A stretch of 64,000 bases of DNA, from positions 165,540,001 through 165,604,000 of the forward strand of contig OZ038378.1 in NCBI GenBank assembly GCA_964036045.1, given 5' to 3'. Source of the DNA: Eutreptiella sp. 'Long Island Sound 2002' (taxonomy: Eukaryota > Protista > Euglenida). Shown here in pieces: positions 14,441 to 26,751 of the stretch; position 1 is the stretch's first letter, and each line of letters starts with the position of its first letter. The notes beneath the pieces are model-generated. The model was given only the letters and a program-made list of their open reading frames with translations. It was not told the DNA's origin and ran no database searches. Position numbers and translations under genes: made by a program.

Positions 14441-16743
14441 GAAGGGCACACCCACCCATCGATCACTCCACACTGGAGCAGTTGCTCATCAGCATCAGTG
14501 CCATCTCCCACGCCCTTGATAACGATTCCAGTGTCGACCACTTGGCACTGCAATCCGAAATTGGACAGATTGGACATGCATTATACATGAGCCTGCTTTA
14601 CAAGCAACCCTACACTGTTGCCTTGTACATGGGGGAATATAACATGCATATACTAAACCCAGCGGGAACACGCCACCTCGGGTCACAGGGCTGGGGCATC
14701 CACTGCCACCGCTTGGTGGATGAGCTGTGGACTGGCGTTATCCCCCGCACCCTTGCCCCTTGCTCAGGCCAGCGCCCCCAACCCCCCCAGACATAGCCCC
14801 CCCCACCCCAGAAGGCCCTCTGGGCCCCAAGATGGCAAGGACCAGCCAGGTCTAGACCTACTAAGCCGGGCTTCCCGTAGGGCTGAAGTTCACTGACCAG
14901 CCCCCACTGTTCAGTGACAGGGATTGCAAATTGGCCCAGCCCCTGGTCCTTGCTACAGCACCTGTGGCCACACTCAAACCAAAACTAGGCGCAACGACCA
15001 TAATGGGTGCTGTCCGCTTGGTTGGGCTAGACGACTCAATCTCCGTTCCGTGTGCGCATGCCGTGTGAGGTGCCCCAAAGGACTACACCCAAGCCCCCTG
15101 AAAAAATTTTCTTAGCAGGCACTAGCACAGCATAGCATGTAAGAAAGGGGGGCAGCCCAAAAATATGAAGCAATGCTGTATTTGCAAAGGCTGTAGTTAC
15201 TGCTTTGGCAACCCCTCGTCTAGGAGAAGACAAGGAGCGTAGAACAAGAAGCCGTTGCTCCATGAAAAGTTGTAGTTTGGTCAACACTGGCAAAGGACAA
15301 CAAAGGCAATCATGCAAACCAGACAGCATACAGGAACATTCACATTAAACTTGTGGTTCCCGGGCCCGTCCATACTGGAGGCACACACATCGCAATAACG
15401 GACAACATATATGTGCGCCTCTTGTGTGATCGGAGTATGTTCGCACGGCAAACCAGTCTCGAATTCGTCAAGATACGCTCCGTAGCTGAGCCCTGATACG
15501 GAAGCGCATAATCTTGTGGGGGACAACTAATTTACGGCACAGGATACCAACAGACCCGCGATCGATAAACTTGGCAATGGCGTTTGGATATGCCCCCTAG
15601 CGCCTAGCATCTCCGTGGATGTCCTTATTTGGGACTGCGAAGGGCTACAACCAGCCAAGGGACATTTCAAAGATTACGATCTTGGTGCCAATGGTGGTGC
15701 TGATAAAGGCAGTATATGAACTTGCCCGCCTTTCATTGGGTGCGGTAGCCTCACAAAATGGCAACAAGAATATAATGAGGTGCAATGGGACGACCCTTTG
15801 TAAATCTATTCACACCTTTGTTGCGCCTGACCCAATTCTGTATTCGGCGCCAGGTTCGCTACCCTCCTTATGGCCCTTGGCCCCCCCCATGTGTGGGTGG
15901 ATGTACGCGAGGAGATTCACGTTGACGATGAAGGGGATGATGGTGCGGTTTGTGCTCTATGTTGCATGAAGAAAGCATCTTCTTGTGAGCACAATACTTG
16001 TCAGTTGCACTATTGCGGCGATTGTTTCAGTGCCCACACTCGTGGGCATGCACAGTAGGTTGCCAGCTATATTATTGTTGACTTTCTTTTGGCATCCACA
16101 CACGTGGGCTTCGATTGGTGACACACGGCAGATTCATTCATTGAGGTGCCCTTTTGCTTGTACAATGTTGTTTGTGGGAAAGAGGGATGCTCACACAGGT
16201 CTTGTACCCAAAGGCTTGCTCCTTGGGGGGCATTTTGGGAGGGGGTAAAAGCCTACCTATTCCAAGTAAACCCGCCGAAAAAGTAGCGCATGAGGCGCAC
16301 GCGGCGCACAAACTCCCTCCTTGAAGAGGGGGCTTTGATTTGTGTCCCGGGTTATGCAACACCAACCATCTTCAGGTGTGCAATTGGCAGGCTTATGGTC
16401 AACAAGTTTGTGCCAGAGTGCGCGTGCACACTCCATGTGAACATGCTGGGGCCTAGAGGGTGAGGGACCAACAATAGTTGCTATAACCCTGTGACTCATG
16501 GCCCGGAATTTGTACTAAACAACGTCACCTCTAGAGATAACGGTGCGCCTACAGCACACACAAGTGCCCTCCCCCCCCCCTTGTGGGGCACTAATGAGGG
16601 TGTGTTGGGGGTCCACAAGCTTCCATGAATTACCGGCAATCATCCACTAGTGCGGAAGCAGCTTTTCGCATATAGTGCCCTCAGAGGCAGGGCACTGGCA
16701 TTAGGTGACAATTTCTTCTGGGGCTAGGGGAGATTGTCACACG

Positions 16744-17536
16744 TTGTGGGGAACTACTCAAGGGGCGGGGGGCAATGATCGCAAGAATTGAAACCCTATG
16801 TGACTGTTGTTTCACCTAGCTTTTGGCCATGCTTCCGCAAGTTGCATGTAAATCTTATCATTGTTTCGAGGCTTGGGCCTGTTGCAGTTCTTAGGTTCGG
16901 TGGGCAAAGAATAGAAAGTAGAAAGTACTTGCTTCAACGGCTTGTAAGGTGCTGGGGGCTGGTGTGGGGTGCGGCATCTAGGTGTGGTGGGATTCAGCGG
17001 CCCGGGTTAGGTTGTCTGGGTTTTGGAGGGTGTCCAACATCTACTACAGTGGTACCACTTGGAATGAATGTATTGACTCGTCATGGTGCAAAGACAATGT
17101 GCATCAAAAAGAGTCCTAAAAAAAGCACGGTAAATTGAATAATTTGTGTGGCAGTGTTGGACAAAAAAAATACTAAATTGAAGCACCTTCTCAGGGCAAA
17201 CTGGACCACACAGCTGTTTGGCCTGAAAAAATAACATTGAAGATACAGCAAAAAATGACCTAAAAACATGACTTTTTTTGTTAGAAGCGACTAATCTTGG
17301 ACAATGAATATACATGACCGCATAAGCCTACATAAGCCTACATGCATCACACAATCTTTTTCACTCCACTTAAGGAACAAGTGGATTTGTGGAACATTCG
17401 TACGTTTGGGAAGAGCATATGTTATGATTGCAAAATTTTGCAACGACATTGTCACTCCCTCCACATTGAAGAGGGTCAGGCTCCTACGAATTTACCCATA
17501 GACAGACAATTATCATGTGACTCATAATATCTATCT
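16744..17536. repeat. 793-bp direct repeat, copy 1 (R1)
   Basis: Matches 20395-21187 at a constant offset of 3651; the ORF track shows nearly identical ORFs in both; only a handful of mismatches seen, mostly at the ends. Confidence 0.95.
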
Positions 17537-17727
17537 ATGCATGTCCTATAGCTGCAGGTACCATACCCATGGATTTTGCAATGCCAGCTTTCATGCCTTC
17601 ACAAGATTTCGCAATGGCAAGTTTTGTGTCGTTGCCAGATTTTGCCATGGTAGCTTTCCTGCCATTGTCAGATTTTGCTGCGATGGCAGCTTGCGTGCGA
17701 TTGCAAGAACTCCCAATGGCAACATGT
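17513..17727. repeat. Dispersed repeat family (diverged copy at about 33163-33377; related sequence near 40130-40450)
   Basis: tcatgtgactcataatatctatctatgcatgtcctatagctgcaggtaccata...tcccaatggcaacat is shared; rich in ttgcaatggc-type motifs. Confidence 0.8.
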
Positions 17728-17728
17728 A

Positions 17729-17736
17729 TTTTTTTT
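17729..17736 (-). other. Candidate poly(A) remnant of the aminopeptidase retrocopy
   Basis: T8 on + (A8 on -) lies where homology to the 33163 repeat copy breaks off, about 770 nt downstream of the stop codon. Confidence 0.4.
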
Positions 17737-18508
17737 GGCTGACTCTAGAAGTTCAAAGAGTACTCAAGACAGTTCTTGGAAAGTGGACGCAACTCCAGCA
17801 TATGATACAATGGATATGATACAATTGTCCTACACCGCCCATGGCGAACTTTGCTTCTTAGGGCCTCAAACGAATGATTGTGGGCGAATGAGAGTTAGGT
17901 TTGGATTAGTGTGTGCCCCTTTTGGGTCTTGCAAACTGGTTCGGTCGCTGCTGATGGGAGGTTAGAAGTTGGGCTGCTGGGCCGAATCCGGCAATTAAAT
18001 TGGGCGGTTATGCTCTTGTCATGGACTTGTGTCGCAGGTAACACATCGTGTAGTCCAGCTCTTCGCTAGAAGCCATTGCCATGACGATAAGTATTCTATT
18101 TTGCACTGCACCTGCACATGGCCGCCCTTCAAGGGATCATCCAAATGCTGACTGGTCAGATCTGAGTGTGCAGGTGGACTGTATCTTGGGAATGCATGGA
18201 GTTGGGCTGGGCTCTTGGGGATTGGTTGTCAAGTGCTGTCATGTGACGTGGCAGGCTGCCCACTGCCTATGAAGAGTGCGTAACAAAACCTTGCACCCAG
18301 ACCAACCTCATTTGGGGACAGCTTTTCAACATCTGCCTTTAGATATTGTTTCCAAAGAGCATCAGTAACACTCTGTCGTAATCCCTGGCGACTGGAAAAT
18401 CACAGCACGATGTGGAATACGGATCACCGTGAATAATTCAATGGTTGAACACTGGACGAGCAATTTACAATTGCAAACACGCTGCCACGTGTGTCCGCCA
18501 GGCCGTCA

Positions 18509-20356
18509 TCATTTACACAACGGCTGGCAGGCGCATTTGAGCCAGTCGTATAGGGCTGCATCATCTTCAACCAATGGTCCAACCCTTTTTAAGACTTCGC
18601 TGTGGTACTTATTGAAAGCGTCCAGTTCTTTGTCGGTGAGCAGTTGTACATCCACCAATTTGGATTGAATGGGGACCATCGTGAGATCGTCTACGCCCAG
18701 GAACTTCGTGCTGGCCATGCTGTACTTGGTCTCGACCTCATGCAAATAGCACAGGTTTTCGATTCGGATGCCAAACTCGCCGTCTTCATAATATCCGGGT
18801 TCGTTTGAGATGATAGAACCAGCCTTCAATTTGGCGGGCACGGGCCTCGTGCCGATGCCGTGCGGACCTTCGTGCACGTTCAAGAAGCATCCGACCCCAT
18901 GTCCAGTGCCGTGCTTGTAGTCCAGGCCCGCTTGCCACAGATGACTCCTTGCCCATGAATCTATCTGATGCCCTGTGATGGTGTTGGGGAACACGGCGTA
19001 ACGCAGGGCCAAATGCCCTTTCAGCACCAAAGTGAAGCACTCGATTTGTTTGGCCGTGGGCTGCCCAAAGTGTACCGTCCGTGTGACATCTGTAGTGCCA
19101 TCCCAGTACTGTGCCCCCGAATCCAATAGGTAGATGTCATTGGCCGTTATTTGGCGATTGTCACCAGATGCTGGGCGGTAATGAATGATGGCGGCATTAG
19201 ACCCAACGGAAGAGATGGTCTCGAAACTGGGACTTACAAACAGATCCTGCTGCTTGCGGAATTGAAAGAGTTTCTCCGCCCCCGAGACTTCTGTGACGAC
19301 ATCACCAGCAGAGACCCTATCCTCCAGCCACTTTAAATAGCGGATCAGCGCTGCTGCATCGCGCAAATGACATTTTTTCATGCCCTGCAACTCCACTTCA
19401 TTCTTTACCCCCTTGGCAATGGTGGCCAGCGATGTACGCCCACTGCATTCCACCACAGGATTTGTATCTAAAAACTCAAATAGTTTGTGGTTGCATTGAG
19501 CCGGGTCATAACTGTACTCAACTTCCCCCTGGGCGGTGCTCTGCAGCGCTTCGCAAACGGCTTCATACGGCTTGATAGCGACGTCAACTGCTGCTAAATG
19601 CTCCCGGACTTCTGCACTGAGTTTTGTGTCATCCACAAAGAGGGTAGCAGTGCCCTCTGTCGTGGCAATGCAATACGCAATGAACACGGGGTTGAACGAC
19701 ACGTCGCTGCCACGCAAGTTCAACAGCCAAGCAATATCATCTAATGCAGTCAGCAGAATTCGATCCACTCTCTCGTCCTTCATATCGGAGGCCAATTTCT
19801 GCAATTTTTCAGGCACACTTTGGCCTGCGTATTTTGTTGGATGGAGGAAAATGGGTTCGGTGGGCAACGGCGGCATCGGGTTTTCTTGATCCTGCTGCCA
19901 TACAATGTCCACCAGGTTGTCCACTCCCAGAAGCTTCAAGCACGACTTCTTCCGAGCGTTCAATGCTTCTTCAAATTTTTTGAACTGCTCTACAGAGAAC
20001 GTCCATGGGTCAAAGCCCACCACCGCATTTTTCTCGAGGTTGTCCACGAGCCACTTCTCTGCCGTTGGGACATCTGCTTGGCCGAATTTCATGAGGGTCC
20101 ATGGAGGCGACTCCAACTGCTTTGATGCCTGAAGGTGGTACCTGCCATCAGTCCAGAGCAGCGCCTGCTCCTTCGTCACCACAGCATAACCAAAAGAGCC
20201 GTCAAAGCCAGTAATATACTCCCTTTGCGAGTACCGCTTGGGGACATATTCGCCCATATGTGGGTCAGCAGAGCCAATGTAGTATGCACTCAGTCCCCGA
20301 TCAGCCATTAGCTGCCTCAGTTTAGCGACTAAGTGGGCGGTGGCTTTGACCTTCAT
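18509..20356 (-). CDS. XPNPEP1: Xaa-Pro aminopeptidase P (peptidase M24B, XPNPEP1-like), 615 aa, intronless, probable retrogene
   Basis: Creatinase-like N-terminus (SADPHMGEY...ITGFDGS...WTDGRY), LDDIAWLLNLRGSD, SFETIS, LLDSGAQYWDGTTDVTRT, HGTGHGVGCFLNVHEGP, SNEPGYYEDGEFGIRIEN: full metal-binding motif set. The ATG at 20356 follows the spliced-leader-like sequence. Confidence 0.95.
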   Translation of the reverse strand: MKVKATAHLVAKLRQLMADRGLSAYYIGSADPHMGEYVPKRYSQREYITGFDGSFGYAVVTKEQALLWTDGRYHLQASKQLESPPWTLMKFGQADVPTAEKWLVDNLEKNAVVGFDPWTFSVEQFKKFEEALNARKKSCLKLLGVDNLVDIVWQQDQENPMPPLPTEPIFLHPTKYAGQSVPEKLQKLASDMKDERVDRILLTALDDIAWLLNLRGSDVSFNPVFIAYCIATTEGTATLFVDDTKLSAEVREHLAAVDVAIKPYEAVCEALQSTAQGEVEYSYDPAQCNHKLFEFLDTNPVVECSGRTSLATIAKGVKNEVELQGMKKCHLRDAAALIRYLKWLEDRVSAGDVVTEVSGAEKLFQFRKQQDLFVSPSFETISSVGSNAAIIHYRPASGDNRQITANDIYLLDSGAQYWDGTTDVTRTVHFGQPTAKQIECFTLVLKGHLALRYAVFPNTITGHQIDSWARSHLWQAGLDYKHGTGHGVGCFLNVHEGPHGIGTRPVPAKLKAGSIISNEPGYYEDGEFGIRIENLCYLHEVETKYSMASTKFLGVDDLTMVPIQSKLVDVQLLTDKELDAFNKYHSEVLKRVGPLVEDDAALYDWLKCACQPLCK

Positions 20357-20374
20357 TGCAAAAAACTGCAAAAA

Positions 20375-20394
20375 CAAAAAACAGACACTCAGAA
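20375..20394 (-). other. Euglenid spliced-leader (SL) relic in genomic DNA
   Basis: TTCTGAGTGTCTGTTTTTTG, ending 18 nt upstream of the ATG, compared with the Euglena-type SL as recalled (...TTTCTGAGTGTCTATTTTTTTTCG): 12-nt exact core plus T-run. Confidence 0.7.
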
Positions 20395-21187
20395 TTGTGC
20401 GGGACTACTCAAGGGGCGGGGGGCAATGATCGCAAGAATTGAAACCCTATGTGACTGTTGTTTCACCTAGCTTTTGGCCATGCTTCCGCAAGTTGCATGT
20501 AAATCTTATCATTGTTTCGAGGCTTGGGCCTGTTGCAGTTCTTAGGTTCGGTGGGCAAAGAATAGAAAGTAGAAAGTACTTGCTTCAACGGCTTGTAAGG
20601 TGCTGGGGGCTGGTGTGGGGTGCGGCATCTAGGTGTGGTGGGATTCAGCGGCCCGGGTTAGGTTGTCTGGGTTTTGGAGGGTGTCCAACATCTACTACAG
20701 TGGTACCACTTGGAATGAATGTATTGACTCGTCATGGTGCAAAGACAATGTGCATCAAAAAGAGTCCTAAAAAAAGCACGGTAAATTGAATAATTTGTGT
20801 GGCAGTGTTGGACAAAAAAAATACTAAATTGAAGCACCTTCTCAGGGCAAACTGGACCACACAGCTGTTTGGCCTGAAAAAATAACATTGAAGATACAGC
20901 AAAAAATGACCTAAAAACATGACTTTTTTTGTTAGAAGCGACTAATCTTGGACAATGAATATACATGACCGCATAAGCCTACATAAGCCTACATGCATCA
21001 CACAATCTTTTTCACTCCACTTAAGGAACAAGTGGATTTGTGGAACATTCTTACGTTTGGGAAGAGCATATGTTATGATTGCAAAATTTTGCAACGACAT
21101 TGTCACTCCCTCCACATTGAAGAGGGTCAGACTCCTACGAATTTACCCATAGACAGACAATTATCATGCTACTCATAAAATCTATCT
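20395..21187. repeat. 793-bp direct repeat, copy 2 (R2)
   Basis: Begins at the base adjacent to the SL relic and ends at a T10 run (21187-21196). Confidence 0.95.
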
Positions 21188-23104
21188 TTTTTTTTTGAGT
21201 TCGTGACGCTCAAGGTCTCATTGAGTGTACTGAGGAGAACTCGGAAAGCAGAAGGTCCATTTATCTATAGTACGGGTGCACCCAGAAAGTGAGCGGACTA
21301 GAGGCACAAGCAGCGCACCGGCATAACATGTGTTGATCCTTCATACAGTAGTGCAAGCAATCTGCCACGCCCAACGGGCTTCAATCTATGTGGACGCATG
21401 TAGTGTGAGGGAGTGCCTAAAGGCGTGGTAGCTTGGCACAATGTGTACGAAATCAGTGCAGTGACACATGGATGCATATGCTGGTGGTGCCGGACCTAGC
21501 ATGCAAGCATGTTTTGTCATATACAGCATGTATGCAGTGGTGAGTGAGGAGTCTGTGAAAAGACATGCAGTGCAGCATCGGTGTGTGGGACATGGTGTGT
21601 TGGTGTGTATGCAGTACAAACACACTAGTGTTCATGATGCATAGGTGGTGGAATATGGTGCGCACATTCAGGCAACGGTGGGCCAGACATAGATACTGCA
21701 TCCCGGCAAAGGCAAATTAATTCGCACGAGCAGCAGCTCGTCTATTCACACATCAGCCATGCATCCCTCCACGCAAGGACGCTCATTAGTGGGCATGGTG
21801 TGTGCACGGCTAGCCAATGGCACATGACGCAATGTGCGGAAACTGGCCGTAGACTACAGAGGAGGTCGTGGCAAGGAGGGGTCACGGGCTGCGGTTCCGA
21901 CATGGTCAGGTCCGACCAGTGGCAGTCCACAAGGGTCCAACTCACTCGCACGGTGAATCACCACCCGCCTTGGCACCTTCTGCACCACTAGCCTTTACCT
22001 GTTAGCCTGGGGACGTTCTTGGTGCTGTGATGGGATAGGCCAAGCCATGTGATCCTAGCCAGTGTTCCGATAGGGAGGAGGTGGTGAAGGCGGCGGTCTC
22101 ATGTACACTGGCTGCTCCATCATTGTGTGCACATATTGCCCGCCTCCTGCAGCAATAAGCAACACATTGTGCACACTGCACATCCGCCTACATGCGGCTT
22201 GCCACACACCGAGCATCGTCCATCATCCACTCGGGTCGCATGGCTCACGTTATCAGTACACATGACCCTTGCGGCAGGGCTCTCATGGGATGGGCCCAAC
22301 TGGCGCAGCACAAGTGGATACAATCGCAGAGCTGCGGCATTGAGTTCAATACGATGACTATCCTGCTAGGTCGCATTCCTAGAGGGTCCGTGTCCCATAG
22401 CTTCAAGTATCAACGGGGATCGCGCCGCAAGGGATCAATGGTGGGGGCCCTATGTGAGCTCCACTCATGGAAACGGCCTGTAAGCCGATGTGCTAGGCTC
22501 AGCCTGATGACTTGCTTGGCACTGTTTGAGTCAATGGTGCTATCTCCCGTCGTCTCTACGTGGGCCACCTCCCACACGCTGATCCTGCTCATCAGGGATG
22601 CCCAAATCCTTTTGGATCCTTTTGATGAGTTTTTTATAACTCCTTTGGTTGTTACGCCTATGTGTGTGCTTGTTGCCATATCCTAGCAGACCTTGCATGG
22701 CCGCTTAATTGGCCCACTATGGCATTGGGACAGGCACCATAAAGGACACCATCAATGGCGGCGGTGCCTGCGGGCCTATTAGTGCATATGGCTGTGGATC
22801 ACCAAGGGGCCGTTTTCATGGCGGTGTTGCAGAGCGAGACCTTGAGGCGGATGCAACCGTCCTCGTCAGAGTTGTGCCACTCCGTGGACCTAGAGTCTCG
22901 TGACATAGACCTACATAGGAGAAGATGCCCTCTTGTGAGTGAAAGAAATATGGTCGTTATGATGTTGCTACTATACGAGAACTATTGATTTCCTCGTTTA
23001 ATGATCACCATATTGTTGATGTATCAAATTACAATGTCAACCTTGGCTTTCAACCCAACAAACATGCATATTTGTGCCTACCGACTTGCATTGGGTGGCG
23101 TGCC

Positions 23105-23400
23105 GGCTAACCTCGCCCCTGATGCACCCCTGACGCGCCCCTAACTCCTCCTTGACGCCCTCTTGACGTTTTCCAGATGCCTCTCTGACGCACCCCTGAT
23201 GCACCCTAACGCAGCCCATACGCTTTTTGAGACAAGAGCCTTGACGCCCCCTGGCGCATGGTTACTCTATTCCTGACGCCACCCTGACGCCCTCCTGGTG
23301 CTTCCCTGACGACCTCCTGATGCCTCCCTGACGCCCCCATAACGCCCCCATGACAGGACAATTACGCAAAACCCGAATCTAATGCATAATCATATTTTGA
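23105..23400. repeat. GACGC/CTGACGCC degenerate satellite plus conserved cgcaaaacccgaatctaatg motif (also at about 26320-26750, 28255-28480 with the satellite inverted, 31770-32110 and 32940-33050)
   Basis: Repeated tgacgcc/cctgacg units; 23105-23540 and about 26440-26895 are direct copies of each other. Confidence 0.75.
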
Positions 23401-23409
23401 CGTAATATC

Positions 23410-23550
23410 CCCTGTACAAGAAGCTATAGCACAGGGTCACTGTGAAAATTGGCAACCAGGTTTACAAGGCACTCTTAGACACTGGAGCCACGTTGTCTAT
23501 CGTGGCCAGCAGACTACTGAAACCAGCCAAGATCCGGAAAACCAAAACAA
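23410..23550 (+). pseudogene. Retroviral-type aspartic protease fragment
   Basis: LYKKL*HRVTVKIGNQVYKALLDTGATLSIVASRLLKPAKIRKTKT: intact LDTGA motif, one in-frame stop, truncated. Confidence 0.75.
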
Positions 23551-24087
23551 AGCAACTCACAAGGACCACAGATTTGTTTTTTTGATCGACAACACAATAC
23601 TGGCACACAACCCGACAAGCACGACAGACGATATACCTCATACGGAAACGGCCACGAGAACATTGGGACCCCACCTTGTGGGAAGTCCCATTGCAGCCTC
23701 TACCGAAACGCCACAAAACGCACTGGGATCCAAACGAGTGGGAAATACCAATGACATGACCACTACCACCCCAACGGGAAACCATGGGGGCGCAGTCGTG
23801 AGCTGCAGCCCGTATGCACACCCTGGATTTGCCGAAATCCGTACTCTGCATTGAACTTGGCCCACAGTGGCCCATGGCACATTATGAACTGGCCTATTTG
23901 CTCACAAGGACCACAGATTTAGAAAAGATATTTGGAAAACTGCCCACATGGGCACTCTCTCCTTTTCTAGTGCCATCTAGAGATGTGCACTCTTTGTTTT
24001 GGGTCCCATAGGTACTGAGGTGGCATGGCATGTGGCGCTGAGGTCACTGCCATGTCACATGGGATCATCCTACTTAGCTAGGCTGAC

Positions 24088-24155
24088 TGGGTATTGAACC
24101 CAGAACATCTCAAAAAGAGGTACCCCAGCCCCCTAGGGTGCACACCACTAGGATA
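24088..24155 (-). mobile_element. tRNA-derived SINE-like head
   Basis: TCCTAGTGG (A-box-like) ... GGTTCAATACC (B-box-like) on the minus strand. Confidence 0.3.
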
Positions 24156-24424
24156 GCTAAGCATTCATGATAAAGTATAGAAAAATTCAAAAGCTCTGAA
24201 AGGGAGCAGCGCCTCAGTCGATCAGGAAAATGGTGTTTAAGTCAAAACAGATGGGGGGTCAAGGGTCCACACAACATCCTTGGTTTAGTGTTTGGTTTTA
24301 TAGGTCAAAATGCTTTGTCTCCATTTTGGTTAGGCCAATACGAAGATAAAAATGTAGTATGCCTCTAGGCATCTCTAACACAACTAAAGCTTACCCCTAG
24401 GCATGGAAATACACTTTTTCTTAC

Positions 24425-24620
24425 TACTCACTTCTGCGTTGAAAATGCTGTTTTTTTTATCTACTGAAATATTGTTTTTTTTTCTAGTCACTCACTTCTA
24501 TGTTGCAAAATCCTGTTTTTTTTTTATCTACTGAAATATTGTTTTTTTTTCCTCTCACTCACTTCTATGTTGAAAATCCTGTTTTTTTTATGTACTGAAA
24601 TTTTTTTTTTTAATGAAGTG
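24425..24620. repeat. About 62-bp T-rich tandem repeat, about 3 copies
   Basis: actcacttct(a/g)(t/c)gttg..aaat(c/g)ctgttttttt...tactgaaatattgttttttt recurs. Confidence 0.8.
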
Positions 24621-24892
24621 GCCAGAGTTCCTGTTTTTTTATGGAACTTGGATTGCACCTCGGCCTTTAATGCTCCTCCATTGCTGTGCGCAACTCGCGT
24701 GAATTGGGAAAAGTGCAAAAAAAAAAGTTGCTCTCGTGTGCAAATCGTCCGACCCTACAGACTTCACTGCCCTTTGGAAGACATGCCGCTGTCGCAAGGG
24801 ATGAACCAGATATTCACTTTCATCGACTCGGTGTTATTCCAGAGGAAACAGGAGGTACTACTCTCTCTCACTCATGGTAAGCTGTAAACCCG

Positions 24893-25855
24893 CAGTGAAG
24901 AAGTGCAAGAAAAACATTGCTGTCACGATACTTGGCCTCTTCACACCCCCTCCCCCCTTCCCCCTGTTTTGGCGCAAGCACTCTCTCAGCACGGAATCCC
25001 TCTGACCGTCGCTTTCCCTGACTTCGGGATAGGGAAAGGGGTACCTTTACCGGGGCAGCCCCCACAACAGTAGTTCAAAAGCGCACCAGACAAGCCGTTG
25101 CGCTGTCGGGCAGCGGTGTGGTATCCCTGCAGTATCGCATTGTACCGGCGCGGCGAGTCTGCTGCGCTCCCACGCATCAGAAGATAGAACTGCCGTGATA
25201 CTTCAGAGTGGCATCACAAAATGAACCCCTAACCCTTCGCCAAGGACCACAATGCATGTCACTAGAGCACTCAGCAGGCTGACGAATGTGACCAGCATGC
25301 GTACCTCGGCACCCCTTTGCCACTCCCCCGCCCTTGCGAATCCCCTGAGGGGGCGGGGGAACCGTCACCTGGAACATTTTTAGTTCACACAGAGTAATTG
25401 ATCTTTCAGGGATTTCTGTGGTTGTCCATGGCAGTCCCATTTTTGCATTGTGTGGTGCATCTCAGGCAATGCCTCTGTCCATGTATCATGCACATCACTC
25501 AGTGCTCTTGCAATTTCAGCCATAAATGTTAATAATGATGCCACACACGCAGACAGTGCTACTGTCAACTGCTCCCGTGCAGGTGGCACTGTTAGAGTTG
25601 CCCAGCTCCAGGGTCCGTCAGAGTGTGGCGCTGACTACCAGACCATCACACACGAGCGATCTGGTGGTGTGGTGACACATGATCGTGCAGCTGTTGCACG
25701 CATGTCGCTGCTTCGTGTGCGAAAGCCACAAAAACCCAACCCCATCACTTCCCTCCGCGAACCGTGCAAAGAGGAGACAAGAGCAGTCTCTCACATCAGT
25801 TGATAGTGGCCTTCTAAGAGGGTGCTCTTGCGACGGTGCGGGCGCGGTGCAAACT
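24893..25855. repeat. About 960-bp repeat, inverted copy of 42027-42991
   Basis: Identical short ORFs appear on opposite strands (25450-25803 + equals 42078-42431 -); ends match by eye with one small indel. Confidence 0.9.
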
Positions 25856-26059
25856 GAACCACAGAAGTTCCACACACCGCGATACAAAATCCTCTGCTCT
25901 GCTTTCCCAAATTGGAACGCCACTGCGCGGTTTTAGTTCGTTGCTGCGGCGGTTCGTAACATCTGGCGGTTTCTACATGCAGCAGCTCAGAACGCCACCC
26001 AAACGAACTGCTACAAAACGAACCTTTACGCTTACGAACTATTACCACCCCCTGTCGAC

Positions 26060-26430
26060 ACAAATAATCCTATAAACCGGCAGCACTTAATTGGCAAAAA
26101 CATTGCTAAGCCTCAGCGGCAATAATCATAGAAACACATGTATGGAAAGATCTGCTGTGTCACTATGATGAGGCAACTGGATGTGGTTTTGTCAAACTTG
26201 TCTGCATTTCATAGTGGTGCTGGCAAATTGCGAATGTCTAGGACGGCTTGTGACCATGCTCATAGCTGTGGAAACGTCACTTGTTTTTTGTGTTGACTCC
26301 ATTTCCTAACTTTTCCCTCACTCCCTCCTGACGCCCATCCAAAATGTGCATAGACCCCTTGACACTCGCCTGACACTCCCATGCGGCACTCTTGACGCCT
26401 CCCTGACGCCTCCCTTACGCTTTAGTGACG
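26060..26430. repeat. About 370-bp direct repeat (copy at about 32677-33057)
   Basis: atcctataaaccggcagcacttaatt...gtgttgactccatttcct..cttttccctcactccctcctgacgcc is present at both loci. Confidence 0.85.
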
Positions 26431-26751
26431 TACTTGTAGCCCCTAATGCACCCCCGACGTGCCCCTGATTCCTCCTTGACGCCCTCTTGGCGTTTTCCAG
26501 ATGTCTCCCTGACGCACCCCTCATGCACCTTAACGCAGCCCATACGCTTTTTTAGACAAGAGCCTTGACGCCCCCTGGCGCATGGTTACTCTGTTCTTGA
26601 CGCCACCCTGACGCCCTCACGACGCGCTTCTGGTACCCTCTTGACGCTTCCTTGACGACCTCCTTATGCCTCCCTGACGCCTCCTGAACGCCCCCATGAC
26701 AAGGCAATTACGCAAAACCCGAATCTAATGCATAGTCATATTTTGACTTAA

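Noticed and set aside
18602-20132. Plus-strand ORFs opposite the aminopeptidase, LINE, F-box and YR element ORFs
   Set aside because: Antisense shadows with no recognisable motifs.
16744-21187. R1/R2 as canonical LTRs
   Set aside because: No clear TG...CA termini, PBS, PPT or TSD, and no gag/pol between them; kept as an unexplained direct repeat.
21197-22990. Possible poly(A)-tailed element or decayed gene next to the T10 run (fragments such as CSVCGKPH, YLKLWDTDPLG)
   Set aside because: Frames are broken and no family motif could be identified with confidence.
24893-25855. Short ORFs conserved between the two inverted repeat copies
   Set aside because: Conservation reflects recent duplication; no protein-like composition or motifs.
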